DNA of 64,000 nt, taken from positions 35,248 through 99,247 of the forward strand of contig JBBAKL010000003.1 of assembly GCA_040403535.1 (NCBI GenBank), in the 5' to 3' direction. The number at the start of each line of letters is the position of its first letter. Position 1 is the stretch's first letter. The notes under the pieces were generated by a model. That model saw only the letters and a list, made by a program, of their open reading frames with translations. It had not been told where the DNA came from and did not search any database. This DNA is from Bacteroidia bacterium. GTDB taxonomy: Bacteria > Bacteroidota > Bacteroidia > B-17B0 > Aurantibacillaceae. A program made the translations under genes and the position numbers. This document shows, piece after piece, positions 18,840-26,460 of this stretch.

Positions 18840-19643
18840 ATGAGCAAGAACAAAACATCAGGAGGATTTCCTTTGGTAGTTTCGGCATTAGCAATCGCTA
18901 TTTGCATTGGTATCGGCGTTTTTATTTTCACCAAGGTATTAGGTGCGCCAAGTAATTTTGAAGGTGGCGATCCAATTAAAGGCCATCCTCATAACATTTT
19001 AGGAACCATGTACAAAGGTGGATTTATCGTGCCTATCCTAATCGGTTTCTTATTAACTGTAATTACATTTGCGATCGAGCGTTTTGTTACCATTCAAAAA
19101 GCTAACGGAAAAGGTCAAACTGACAAGTTCGTTGCTAAAATTAAAGAATTAATTTCTTCACACGATTTTGACGGAGCTATTGCAGAATGCGATAAGCAAA
19201 AAGGTTCATTAGCAAACGTTGTACACGAAGGTATTTCTAAATACAAATTCGTTATGAACGATGCTACAATGGATAAAGAAGGAAAAGTTCACGCTATTCA
19301 GAAATCTTTAGAAGAGGCAACTGCTTTAGAATTACCAATGTTATCTAAAAACATGGTTGTAATCTCTACAATGGCTTCAATTGGCACATTAGCCGGTCTT
19401 ATTGGTACCGTAGTTGGTATGATCCGTGCGTTCGCGGCTTTAGCAAATGCAGGTGCGCCTGATACAGCAGCGTTAGCAACCGGTATCTCTGAAGCGTTAG
19501 TTAATACCTTAGTTGGTATCTTAACTTCTGCCTTAGCGATTATTTTCTACAACTTATTTAGTAACCGTATCGACCAGATTACTTACGCTATGGACGAAGC
19601 CGGATTCTCTATTATCCAGGAATTCCAGTCAAGCGGTAAATAA
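18840..19643 (+). CDS. exbB: MotA/TolQ/ExbB proton-channel protein
   Basis: C-terminal TM pair with GTLAGLIGTVVGMIRAF and ISEALVNTLVGILTS. Confidence 0.9.
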   Translation: MSKNKTSGGFPLVVSALAIAICIGIGVFIFTKVLGAPSNFEGGDPIKGHPHNILGTMYKGGFIVPILIGFLLTVITFAIERFVTIQKANGKGQTDKFVAKIKELISSHDFDGAIAECDKQKGSLANVVHEGISKYKFVMNDATMDKEGKVHAIQKSLEEATALELPMLSKNMVVISTMASIGTLAGLIGTVVGMIRAFAALANAGAPDTAALATGISEALVNTLVGILTSALAIIFYNLFSNRIDQITYAMDEAGFSIIQEFQSSGK

Positions 19644-19725
19644 TTTCCGAGTGCTTGAAAAATATTTTTTCAGGCTTTATGGAATTTTAAATAAGTATTC
19701 ATCTAAATATTAAAACACTAAGAAA

Positions 19726-20406
19726 ATGTCAAAAAAACCATCAAAAGGCGGCGCACCAAGCTTAGACATGACACCCATGGTGGACTTAGCTTTCTTGCTC
19801 GTGACCTTTTTTATGTTGACAGCTTCTTTTCGCATGGCGGAACCGGTAACGGTTGATCCTCCATCATCTATCGGACAGGTAACTTTACCTGATAACCATA
19901 TTATGGTTACCATTGATGATAAGGGCCGTGTGTTTTTTGGAATCAGCAATTCTACCGCTAAAATGGCTGCACTTCGCGCCATGAGCGAAAAATACAAAGT
20001 TCCATTCTCTGAACAACAAATTAAAAAGTTCAGCGGATTACCAAGTATAGGAGTAGATTTAAAGGATTTACCAAGATACATTGATGCCAGCGAAAACGAA
20101 AGAACGAACTTTCAACCTCAAAAAGGTATTCCAAACGATACTTTAAATAATCCACAATTAAAAGACTGGATTTCGTTTGCGGGTAAAGAAGCGGTTATGG
20201 CTTATAACGAAGCTAAAGAAAAAGCAGAAGCTTCCGGCCAGGAACTAAAAGCCGAAAAACCTCGCTATGCAATTAAATGCGACGGAAAAACAAAGTATAT
20301 AATGGTTAAAGATGCTATTAAAACTTTTACAGATTTAAAAATTTATCAGTTTAACTTAATTACTTCTTTAGAAGGTGGCGGAACAGTTCTTGATCCAACT
20401 AAATAA
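19726..20406 (+). CDS. exbD: ExbD/TolR family biopolymer transport protein (long form)
   Basis: N-terminal motif LDMTPMVDLAFLLVTFFML. Confidence 0.85.
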   Translation: MSKKPSKGGAPSLDMTPMVDLAFLLVTFFMLTASFRMAEPVTVDPPSSIGQVTLPDNHIMVTIDDKGRVFFGISNSTAKMAALRAMSEKYKVPFSEQQIKKFSGLPSIGVDLKDLPRYIDASENERTNFQPQKGIPNDTLNNPQLKDWISFAGKEAVMAYNEAKEKAEASGQELKAEKPRYAIKCDGKTKYIMVKDAIKTFTDLKIYQFNLITSLEGGGTVLDPTK

Positions 20407-20429
20407 GAATTAAATAATAAAATTAACAC

Positions 20430-21071
20430 ATGGCAGAAATAGCAGAAGGCGGCGGTGGCGGTGGCCACAAAGGTGGCAAAAAACGCGCCAAGAAACAGTC
20501 GACGAAAATCGATATGACGCCAATGGTTGACTTAGCGTTCCTGTTATTAACGTTTTTCGTTTTAACATCAACCTTTAGTAAACCAAAATCAATGGAGTTA
20601 ACTTTCCCTGCTCCGCCTGAGAATATTAAAGATCAGCCTCCGATTAAAAACGGTATCACTTTTATTTTAACGAAAGATGATCGTATTTTTTATTATGAAG
20701 GTGAGTTTCGTCCAGAAGCTGATGACAAAGGCCCAAAAACTGAACTGAAAGAATTAAATTTCTCTCAGGGAGACGGAGGCTTGCACAAATATTTAGGCGA
20801 GAAAAACAAATGGTTACACGACCAGGTTAAAGAATTGGATACAAAACTCCAAAACAATCAAGTTGCTGATACAACTTACAAACGTTTGGTTAAACAGGCA
20901 AAAGCAGACAAAAACACTCCTACTTTCCTGATTAAAACTGACGACAAAGCTACTTACAAAAATGTTATTGACCTTATTGATGAATTAAACATCAACATCG
21001 TTGGTAAATATGTTGTAGTTGATATCATGAAGCCTGAATTGGATATGATTAACGAAAAAACAGGAGGTTAA
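20430..21071 (+). CDS. exbD: ExbD/TolR family biopolymer transport protein (second copy)
   Basis: IDMTPMVDLAFLLLTFFVL, with a Gly-rich N-terminus AEGGGGGGHKGGKKRAKK. Confidence 0.85.
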   Translation: MAEIAEGGGGGGHKGGKKRAKKQSTKIDMTPMVDLAFLLLTFFVLTSTFSKPKSMELTFPAPPENIKDQPPIKNGITFILTKDDRIFYYEGEFRPEADDKGPKTELKELNFSQGDGGLHKYLGEKNKWLHDQVKELDTKLQNNQVADTTYKRLVKQAKADKNTPTFLIKTDDKATYKNVIDLIDELNINIVGKYVVVDIMKPELDMINEKTGG

Positions 21072-21072
21072 T

Positions 21073-21870
21073 ATGCTACAGAATTGGAATGACCTTACAA
21101 TGGACGCGCGTAACGAATTGGTTTTTGCAGGCAGAAATCAAAACTACGGAGCGTACGAATTGCGCAGAGCATACAACAAGCGCGTTACTATGATTATTGG
21201 TGGCATGATTGTGTTTAGCTTGGCGTTATTCGCTTTAAAAATGTTTATTGACAATAAACCTAAAGAAACTGAAAAACCTGTGGACATGAGTAATATCGTC
21301 GTAGATTTAACTCCACCACCACCACAGGAAGAGCAACCACCACCGCCACCGCCGCCACCACCACCACCAATGGTTGAAATGGTGAAATTCGTTCCTCCGG
21401 TTATTAAGGACGATGCAGTGGAAGAAGAGCCTCAGAAATTACAGGAAGACGTTAAAGAAACAAACGTTGGTACTAAAGATCAGGAAGGTGAAAAAGATCT
21501 TCCGGTTGTTCCAGTTGAAGATAGCGGACCGGCAGAAGCAGCTGCTCCTGAAGTTTTCACAGTTGTAGAAGAAATGCCTGAGTTCCCGGGTGGAACAATG
21601 GAAATGATGAAGTACATTCAGAAGAACATTCAATACCCTGCAATGGCTCGCGAAGCAGGCATCAGCGGTAAGTGTTTCTTAAAGTTTGTTGTTAATGGCG
21701 ATGGCGCAATTAGCGACGTTCAGATTCTGAAGGGTGTAGGTGGTTGTCCGGATTGCGATAAAGAAGCAATGCGCGTTGTTAAATCAATGCCGAAATGGAA
21801 AGCCGGTAAACAAAACGGACGTGCTGTTCCGGTTTACTTTAATTTACCTATTAACTTTACAATTAAATAA
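21073..21870 (+). CDS. tonB: Energy transducer TonB
   Basis: N-terminal TM segment, Pro-rich spacer PPPPQEEQPPPPPPPPPPP, and a C-terminal domain MPEFPGG...MPKWKAGKQNGRAVPVYFNLPINF. Confidence 0.85.
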   Translation: MLQNWNDLTMDARNELVFAGRNQNYGAYELRRAYNKRVTMIIGGMIVFSLALFALKMFIDNKPKETEKPVDMSNIVVDLTPPPPQEEQPPPPPPPPPPPMVEMVKFVPPVIKDDAVEEEPQKLQEDVKETNVGTKDQEGEKDLPVVPVEDSGPAEAAAPEVFTVVEEMPEFPGGTMEMMKYIQKNIQYPAMAREAGISGKCFLKFVVNGDGAISDVQILKGVGGCPDCDKEAMRVVKSMPKWKAGKQNGRAVPVYFNLPINFTIK

Positions 21871-21886
21871 CCAATTATCTTTATTT

Positions 21887-21918
21887 AAAAAGCCCGGACC
21901 CTGTTCGGGCTTTTTTCT
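21887..21918 (+). terminator. Intrinsic terminator after tonB
   Basis: aaaaagcccggaccctgttcgggctttttt. Confidence 0.7.
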
Positions 21919-21928
21919 TTTATAAATT

Positions 21929-22147
21929 ATGCGCAACGGATTTCAATACATATCACTTTGGTTCAGTATTATTATGATAGCGCTTGTAATAGCCGGTGCA
22001 ATAGCATTTACATTTACTGACTTCATGTCGGAAAAAGTGTATGGCAGCAAGCGTGTAATTATGATAGTTGTTTTTTCAGCATACGCTATTTACAGAAGTA
22101 TCCGGATTTATCAGATTTTCAAAACAGAAAAACAAGATGAAGAATAA
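21929..22147 (+). CDS. Small 2-TM membrane protein (72 aa), unknown function
   Basis: Two hydrophobic helices (ISLWFSIIMIALVIAGAIAFTF, VIMIVVFSAYAIY). The stop overlaps the next gene's ATG by 11 nt. Confidence 0.45.
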   Translation: MRNGFQYISLWFSIIMIALVIAGAIAFTFTDFMSEKVYGSKRVIMIVVFSAYAIYRSIRIYQIFKTEKQDEE

Positions 22148-23081
22148 ATCATTTCCATTTTATTTATCATTGATTGCTGTTGTCATGTTACTGAATAGCT
22201 GTAATGACTATTTCAAAAACGATTATCACGACAACTCACCTACCTCCGGTAAACTCAAAGTTTATCACGAAGAAGAACTTAATCTCCACGTGAAAAATCA
22301 GCTTTTTACTTTCTCAGCACAATATCCAAATAGTGAATGTGAAAGTATAATTGCGTACGAAAACGAATGCATTAATGCGCTTTTAAATGACAGTTGCAAA
22401 GCCATCATCATACACAGATTACTAATTGAAAACGAAAAAAAAGCATTTTCGCAAAAACAATTAAACCCACGTTATTCGGCAGTGGCAAAAACAGGAGTTG
22501 CTTTAATTGTTAACTCACAAACAAAAATCAAAACTTTAACTACTAAACAAATAATACAATTATTGAGTTCAGAATTAACACTGAAGGACTCACTTGGCAA
22601 TGACATTAAATTAATTGCCATAACCGATAACAAGCAGTCGTCGGTCTCACGTTATTTAAAAGACAGTGTATTGGCAAATGTGCCTTTCGGGAAAAGCTGT
22701 TATGCTCTCGAAAACAGTCTGGACTTGATTGAAAAAATTTCGAAAACACCCAACGCAATTGGTTTTTTAGACTTTGCCTGGTTAAGCGATAAAGACGATG
22801 AGTTGTTTAAGAAGTACAAAAACTCAATCAAATTTATTTCTGTAGGAAAAACAGATAGTATTTACTTTGAACCAAATCAAAGTTCATTTAAAACAGGAGA
22901 TTACCCCTTTACGCGTACCATTTATTTTATCAGAAGAGCTGAAGATTTTACCTTATCGCAAGGCCTGGAAACATTTATGGCCGGCCCTAAAGGACAACTC
23001 ACTTTTTTAAAACAAGGATTGCTGCCTGCAAGACAGCCCGAAAGAGTGATTGAAATAAACATGGCACCTATCAGTGAATAA
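22137..23081 (+). CDS. PstS-family-like periplasmic substrate-binding lipoprotein
   Basis: The preferred start at 22137 gives MKNKSFPFYLSLIAVVMLLNSCND (a lipobox); the track start at 22068 lacks a signal peptide. PBP-like features include LTTKQIIQLL and GDYPFTRTIYFI. Confidence 0.65.
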   Translation: MKNKSFPFYLSLIAVVMLLNSCNDYFKNDYHDNSPTSGKLKVYHEEELNLHVKNQLFTFSAQYPNSECESIIAYENECINALLNDSCKAIIIHRLLIENEKKAFSQKQLNPRYSAVAKTGVALIVNSQTKIKTLTTKQIIQLLSSELTLKDSLGNDIKLIAITDNKQSSVSRYLKDSVLANVPFGKSCYALENSLDLIEKISKTPNAIGFLDFAWLSDKDDELFKKYKNSIKFISVGKTDSIYFEPNQSSFKTGDYPFTRTIYFIRRAEDFTLSQGLETFMAGPKGQLTFLKQGLLPARQPERVIEINMAPISE

Positions 23082-23475
23082 CATGAAAAAGTTAATCGTT
23101 ATTCTTTTCTTATTTCTGAGTCAATTGTCTTTTTCACAAACCGAAGAAGCGATAAGAAACCCGGATAGTATACCTGAATTTCCGGGTGGAAATGAAGCCA
23201 TGATGAAATTTATTGCCGCTAACTTAAACTACCCGAAGAAGGAAACTATTGAAAACAAAGGTTCATTCGTATGCAAAAGCATTGTTGAATTTACCGTTGA
23301 CAGAAACGGAAAGCTAAAGAATGCGCATGTAGTTAGAAGCTGTGTTGGTTGTACTCAATGCGATAGTGAAGCAGTTAAGGTTTTTGAAAAGATGCCCGAT
23401 TGGAAACCCGGAATAAAAGATAATAAACCCGTTGACGTAAAGATGGGTTTACCCATATTTTTCAATTACAAATAA
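23074..23475 (+). CDS. Secreted stand-alone TonB C-terminal-domain protein
   Basis: Signal peptide MKKLIVILFLFLSQLSFSQ followed by IPEFPGGNEAMMKFI...MPDWKPGIKDNKPVDV. It has no TM anchor or Pro-rich spacer. Confidence 0.7.
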   Translation: MNNMKKLIVILFLFLSQLSFSQTEEAIRNPDSIPEFPGGNEAMMKFIAANLNYPKKETIENKGSFVCKSIVEFTVDRNGKLKNAHVVRSCVGCTQCDSEAVKVFEKMPDWKPGIKDNKPVDVKMGLPIFFNYK

Positions 23476-23574
23476 TTGCCAAAAAATGTAAAAATACCGA
23501 TGATTTTTATGTCTGGCATCAAAGTTGAATATCTAATAAATATGTTAAATTTGAACAACATTATGACTCACAAT

Positions 23575-25269
23575 ATGAAGAAGCAATTAATTATTGCAGG
23601 ATTGGCGTTAGGCTTTACAGTTAACGCTCAAACCTTACAGGAAGCCATTAAAAAAACTCAAAACGAGAATTATGCCGCAGCCGCACTTGATTACGCTGCC
23701 TTAATAGGCAAAGAGCCAAGTAAAGGTGAAAATTATTTTTACTATGGAGAGAATTTCTTTGGAAATAACGATTTAGAAGGCGCAAACGCACAATACCAAA
23801 AAGGAACCGAATTAAACGCCACTTATCCATTAAACTATGTTGGTTTAGGTAAAGTATTATTAAACAAAGGTAAAGAAGCGGATGCAAAAGCCATGTTTTA
23901 TAAGGCTGCAACATTAGGTGCCAATAAAAACGCTGAAGTAATGCGGAAAACTGCTGAAGCCTATATTAACGCTGAAACAAAAAACCTGGATGAAGCCATT
24001 ACCCAATTGAACAATGCAATAAAAATTGACGCCAACAATCCTGAAAATTATATTTTAATGGGAGATGCATTGTTGGAAAAAAACCCGACTGACGGAAGTA
24101 CACCTATAAAAAACTATCAGAAAGCATCAGAGTTAAATCCAAAATCGACAAAAGGTATTTTACGTGAAGGTAAATTATACCAGCGTGGACGCAACTACCA
24201 ATTAGCTATTGATTTTTACAAGAAGGCTTTAGAAATTGACGCCACTTTTGCTCCTGCTTACCGCGAATTAGCAGAAGTATATATGATGGCCGGTCGAAAT
24301 AAAGACGCTATTGAATACTGGAAAAAATACTTAGAATTAAATAACAGTAACGATGCCCGCTACCGCTATTTTACCGCATTGTATAATAACAAGCAATACA
24401 CAGACGCTATTGCTGAAGGAGAAAGTTTAATGAACAAAGGCTATAGTAATTTATATATTCCTCGGTTACTAGGTTACGCTTATACTGAAATGGGAAATAA
24501 AACTGACACTGCAGCTTTTTCAAAAGGACTTGTTGCAATCAATAAATTCTTCGAGTTGGCGTCCGATATTCAGAATTTCAAATATCTTCCTACTGATTAT
24601 AAATACAAGGGTATGCTTTTATCTAAAAACGGTAAGGATTCATTAGGTGTTATTGAAATTGAAAAAGCTATCAGTCTTGACCCTAACACAAATTGTGAAT
24701 TATGGGCGGAAGCAGGAAGAATCTGGTCAAAAGCAAAAAATTACAACAAAGCGATTGCGGCTTGGGAAAAAAGAACTACTTGTGCAAAGGCTATGAACGG
24801 ACAGGATAATTTCGAATTTGGAAGAGTTTATTATAGTGCAGCCGGCGCTAAACAACGTGAGGCATCTGCAATTAAAGACGCAAAAGCAAAAGCGGCAAAA
24901 GAAGCAGAAGCTACTCCATATTTTGTAAAAGCAGATACTTGTTTTTCAATGCTGATCAAAAGCAATCCTACTTTTGCAGCCGGTTATTTCTGGAAAGGCC
25001 GCGTGGAAACCTACTTAGATCCGAAAAACGAAAAATGGTTATCAAAGCCATTATTTGAGAAAGCACTTGAGTTAACTAAACCTAATGAAAAAACAGGAAG
25101 TTATAAATCAAACGTAATTGAAGCTTTAGAGTATCTAGGCTATTACCATTTAACTCAAAATGCCAATAAAGCTAACCCTGAATCTGATAAATTCTTTAAT
25201 GAATTAAAAACGATTGATCCGAATAATGAAAAGGCAAAAAATTACTTTGCTCCGCCTAAAGGTAAATAA
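23575..25269 (+). CDS. Secreted tetratricopeptide-repeat protein
   Basis: The preferred start at 23575 gives MKKQLIIAGLALGFTVNAQ. Repeated A..Y.KA.ELNP / AL.ID TPR-like units are present. Confidence 0.75.
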   Translation: MKKQLIIAGLALGFTVNAQTLQEAIKKTQNENYAAAALDYAALIGKEPSKGENYFYYGENFFGNNDLEGANAQYQKGTELNATYPLNYVGLGKVLLNKGKEADAKAMFYKAATLGANKNAEVMRKTAEAYINAETKNLDEAITQLNNAIKIDANNPENYILMGDALLEKNPTDGSTPIKNYQKASELNPKSTKGILREGKLYQRGRNYQLAIDFYKKALEIDATFAPAYRELAEVYMMAGRNKDAIEYWKKYLELNNSNDARYRYFTALYNNKQYTDAIAEGESLMNKGYSNLYIPRLLGYAYTEMGNKTDTAAFSKGLVAINKFFELASDIQNFKYLPTDYKYKGMLLSKNGKDSLGVIEIEKAISLDPNTNCELWAEAGRIWSKAKNYNKAIAAWEKRTTCAKAMNGQDNFEFGRVYYSAAGAKQREASAIKDAKAKAAKEAEATPYFVKADTCFSMLIKSNPTFAAGYFWKGRVETYLDPKNEKWLSKPLFEKALELTKPNEKTGSYKSNVIEALEYLGYYHLTQNANKANPESDKFFNELKTIDPNNEKAKNYFAPPKGK

Positions 25270-25287
25270 TTAATCAGATGCCATTGA

Positions 25288-25328
25288 AGCCCCGTCATTT
25301 TAATTCCTAATGACGGGGCTTTTTTTTA
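25288..25328 (+). terminator. Intrinsic terminator after the TPR gene
   Basis: agccccgtcatt-ttaattcct-aatgacggggct followed by ttttttt. Confidence 0.75.
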
Positions 25329-25341
25329 TCTTAGCGCAGCT

Positions 25342-26415
25342 ATGATAACCAAAAACAGAGTATATGGTCTCGATCTAATGCGTTCTACCGCCATGCTTTG
25401 TGTAATTCTAGCACATAGCGGCTACGGAATAATTTATGGGATGCGTTATGGTATAGTTGCTGTTGAATCATTCTTTGTAGTGAGTGGATTTCTCATCGGA
25501 GGAATTTTATTACGCGATTTCAAGGACGAGATGAATTATGGTAACGTTACGCATTTTTGGAAAAAGCGATGGTTCAGAACACTGCCTTTATATTACGCTG
25601 TATTACTTTTAAAATTCATTTTTATCGATCATAGTGTTGGGGCTAACATCCTTTATTATTTTGTGTTTCTACAAAGTAATTTTTACGGAATTGACTACTT
25701 AAATGTGAGCTGGACCTTAGTTGTGGAAGAATGGTTCTATCTATTAATACCTATATTCTTTGTGATCTTTTTCCGGAAAGGAATTCAGCCAAAAAAATTC
25801 TACATTCTGCTTGCCTTATTTATAGTTGCGGATAATCTTTTACGCTATTTCTGGGTATTAAAGACAAATTACCCTTATGGTGCTATGGTAGGAAATTTTG
25901 TTTTCCGCATGGACTCAAATCTAATTGGTGTTGGATTAGCAGGAATAAAAATGTTTCATCCGCATATTTTTAAAAAAATGTCGGAGTTGAAATATTTTAT
26001 TATTGGCATGGTTGCGCTAATTACCACATTTATTTTATTCAGTTTACATGGGGGCGGAACCAATGATGTTAATACGCAAGCAGTGTGGGTAAGGTCTTTT
26101 TGGTTTGGACTCGTAAGTTTGGAAGTGGCTATCATTATCCCTTTCTTCTACTCAGCCCCATTATTTGCGCCTAAAGAAGGCCCTCAGCCTTTTCGCTGGC
26201 TGGTAACATGGGTTAGTTTATTGTCGTACCCTATATATCTGATACATGTTGAGGTTTATCACTGGTTTGAAAAAAATGTTTCATTTGTCCATGAAATTCA
26301 TCCGCTATTTAAATTTGGGATAGAAAATTTTGTTGTGATTACAATAGCTTTACTTCTTTATCATTTCATCGATAAACCGGTTCTAAATTATCGTGCCAAG
26401 CTTACGAAAAAATAA
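25342..26415 (+). CDS. Acyltransferase family 3 (OafA-like) membrane protein
   Basis: N-terminus VYGLDLMRSTAMLCVILAHS, about 10 TM segments, and WTLVVEEWFYL. Confidence 0.8.
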   Translation: MITKNRVYGLDLMRSTAMLCVILAHSGYGIIYGMRYGIVAVESFFVVSGFLIGGILLRDFKDEMNYGNVTHFWKKRWFRTLPLYYAVLLLKFIFIDHSVGANILYYFVFLQSNFYGIDYLNVSWTLVVEEWFYLLIPIFFVIFFRKGIQPKKFYILLALFIVADNLLRYFWVLKTNYPYGAMVGNFVFRMDSNLIGVGLAGIKMFHPHIFKKMSELKYFIIGMVALITTFILFSLHGGGTNDVNTQAVWVRSFWFGLVSLEVAIIIPFFYSAPLFAPKEGPQPFRWLVTWVSLLSYPIYLIHVEVYHWFEKNVSFVHEIHPLFKFGIENFVVITIALLLYHFIDKPVLNYRAKLTKK

Positions 26416-26446
26416 AAAAGGCCCGGATTGATCCGGGCCTTTTTTA
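26414..26446. terminator. Bidirectional terminator between convergent genes
   Basis: aaaaaaggcccggattgatccgggcctttttt. Confidence 0.75.
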
Positions 26447-26460
26447 TCTTATTGCAATTT

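Noticed and set aside
19710-20081. 123-aa minus-strand ORF antisense to exbD
   Set aside because: It overlaps the conserved ExbD N-terminus on the opposite strand and has no motifs of its own.
21439-21925. ORFs 21439-21633(-) and 21740-21925(+)
   Set aside because: The first is antisense to tonB. The second is off-frame across the tonB 3' end and runs through the terminator hairpin.
23476-23574. The 33-codon N-terminal extension of the TPR gene in the track (start 23476), and the antisense ORF 23648-23914
   Set aside because: The extension lacks a signal peptide, whereas the internal ATG at 23575 gives a canonical one (MKKQLIIAGLALGFTVNAQ). The antisense ORF is embedded in the TPR gene.
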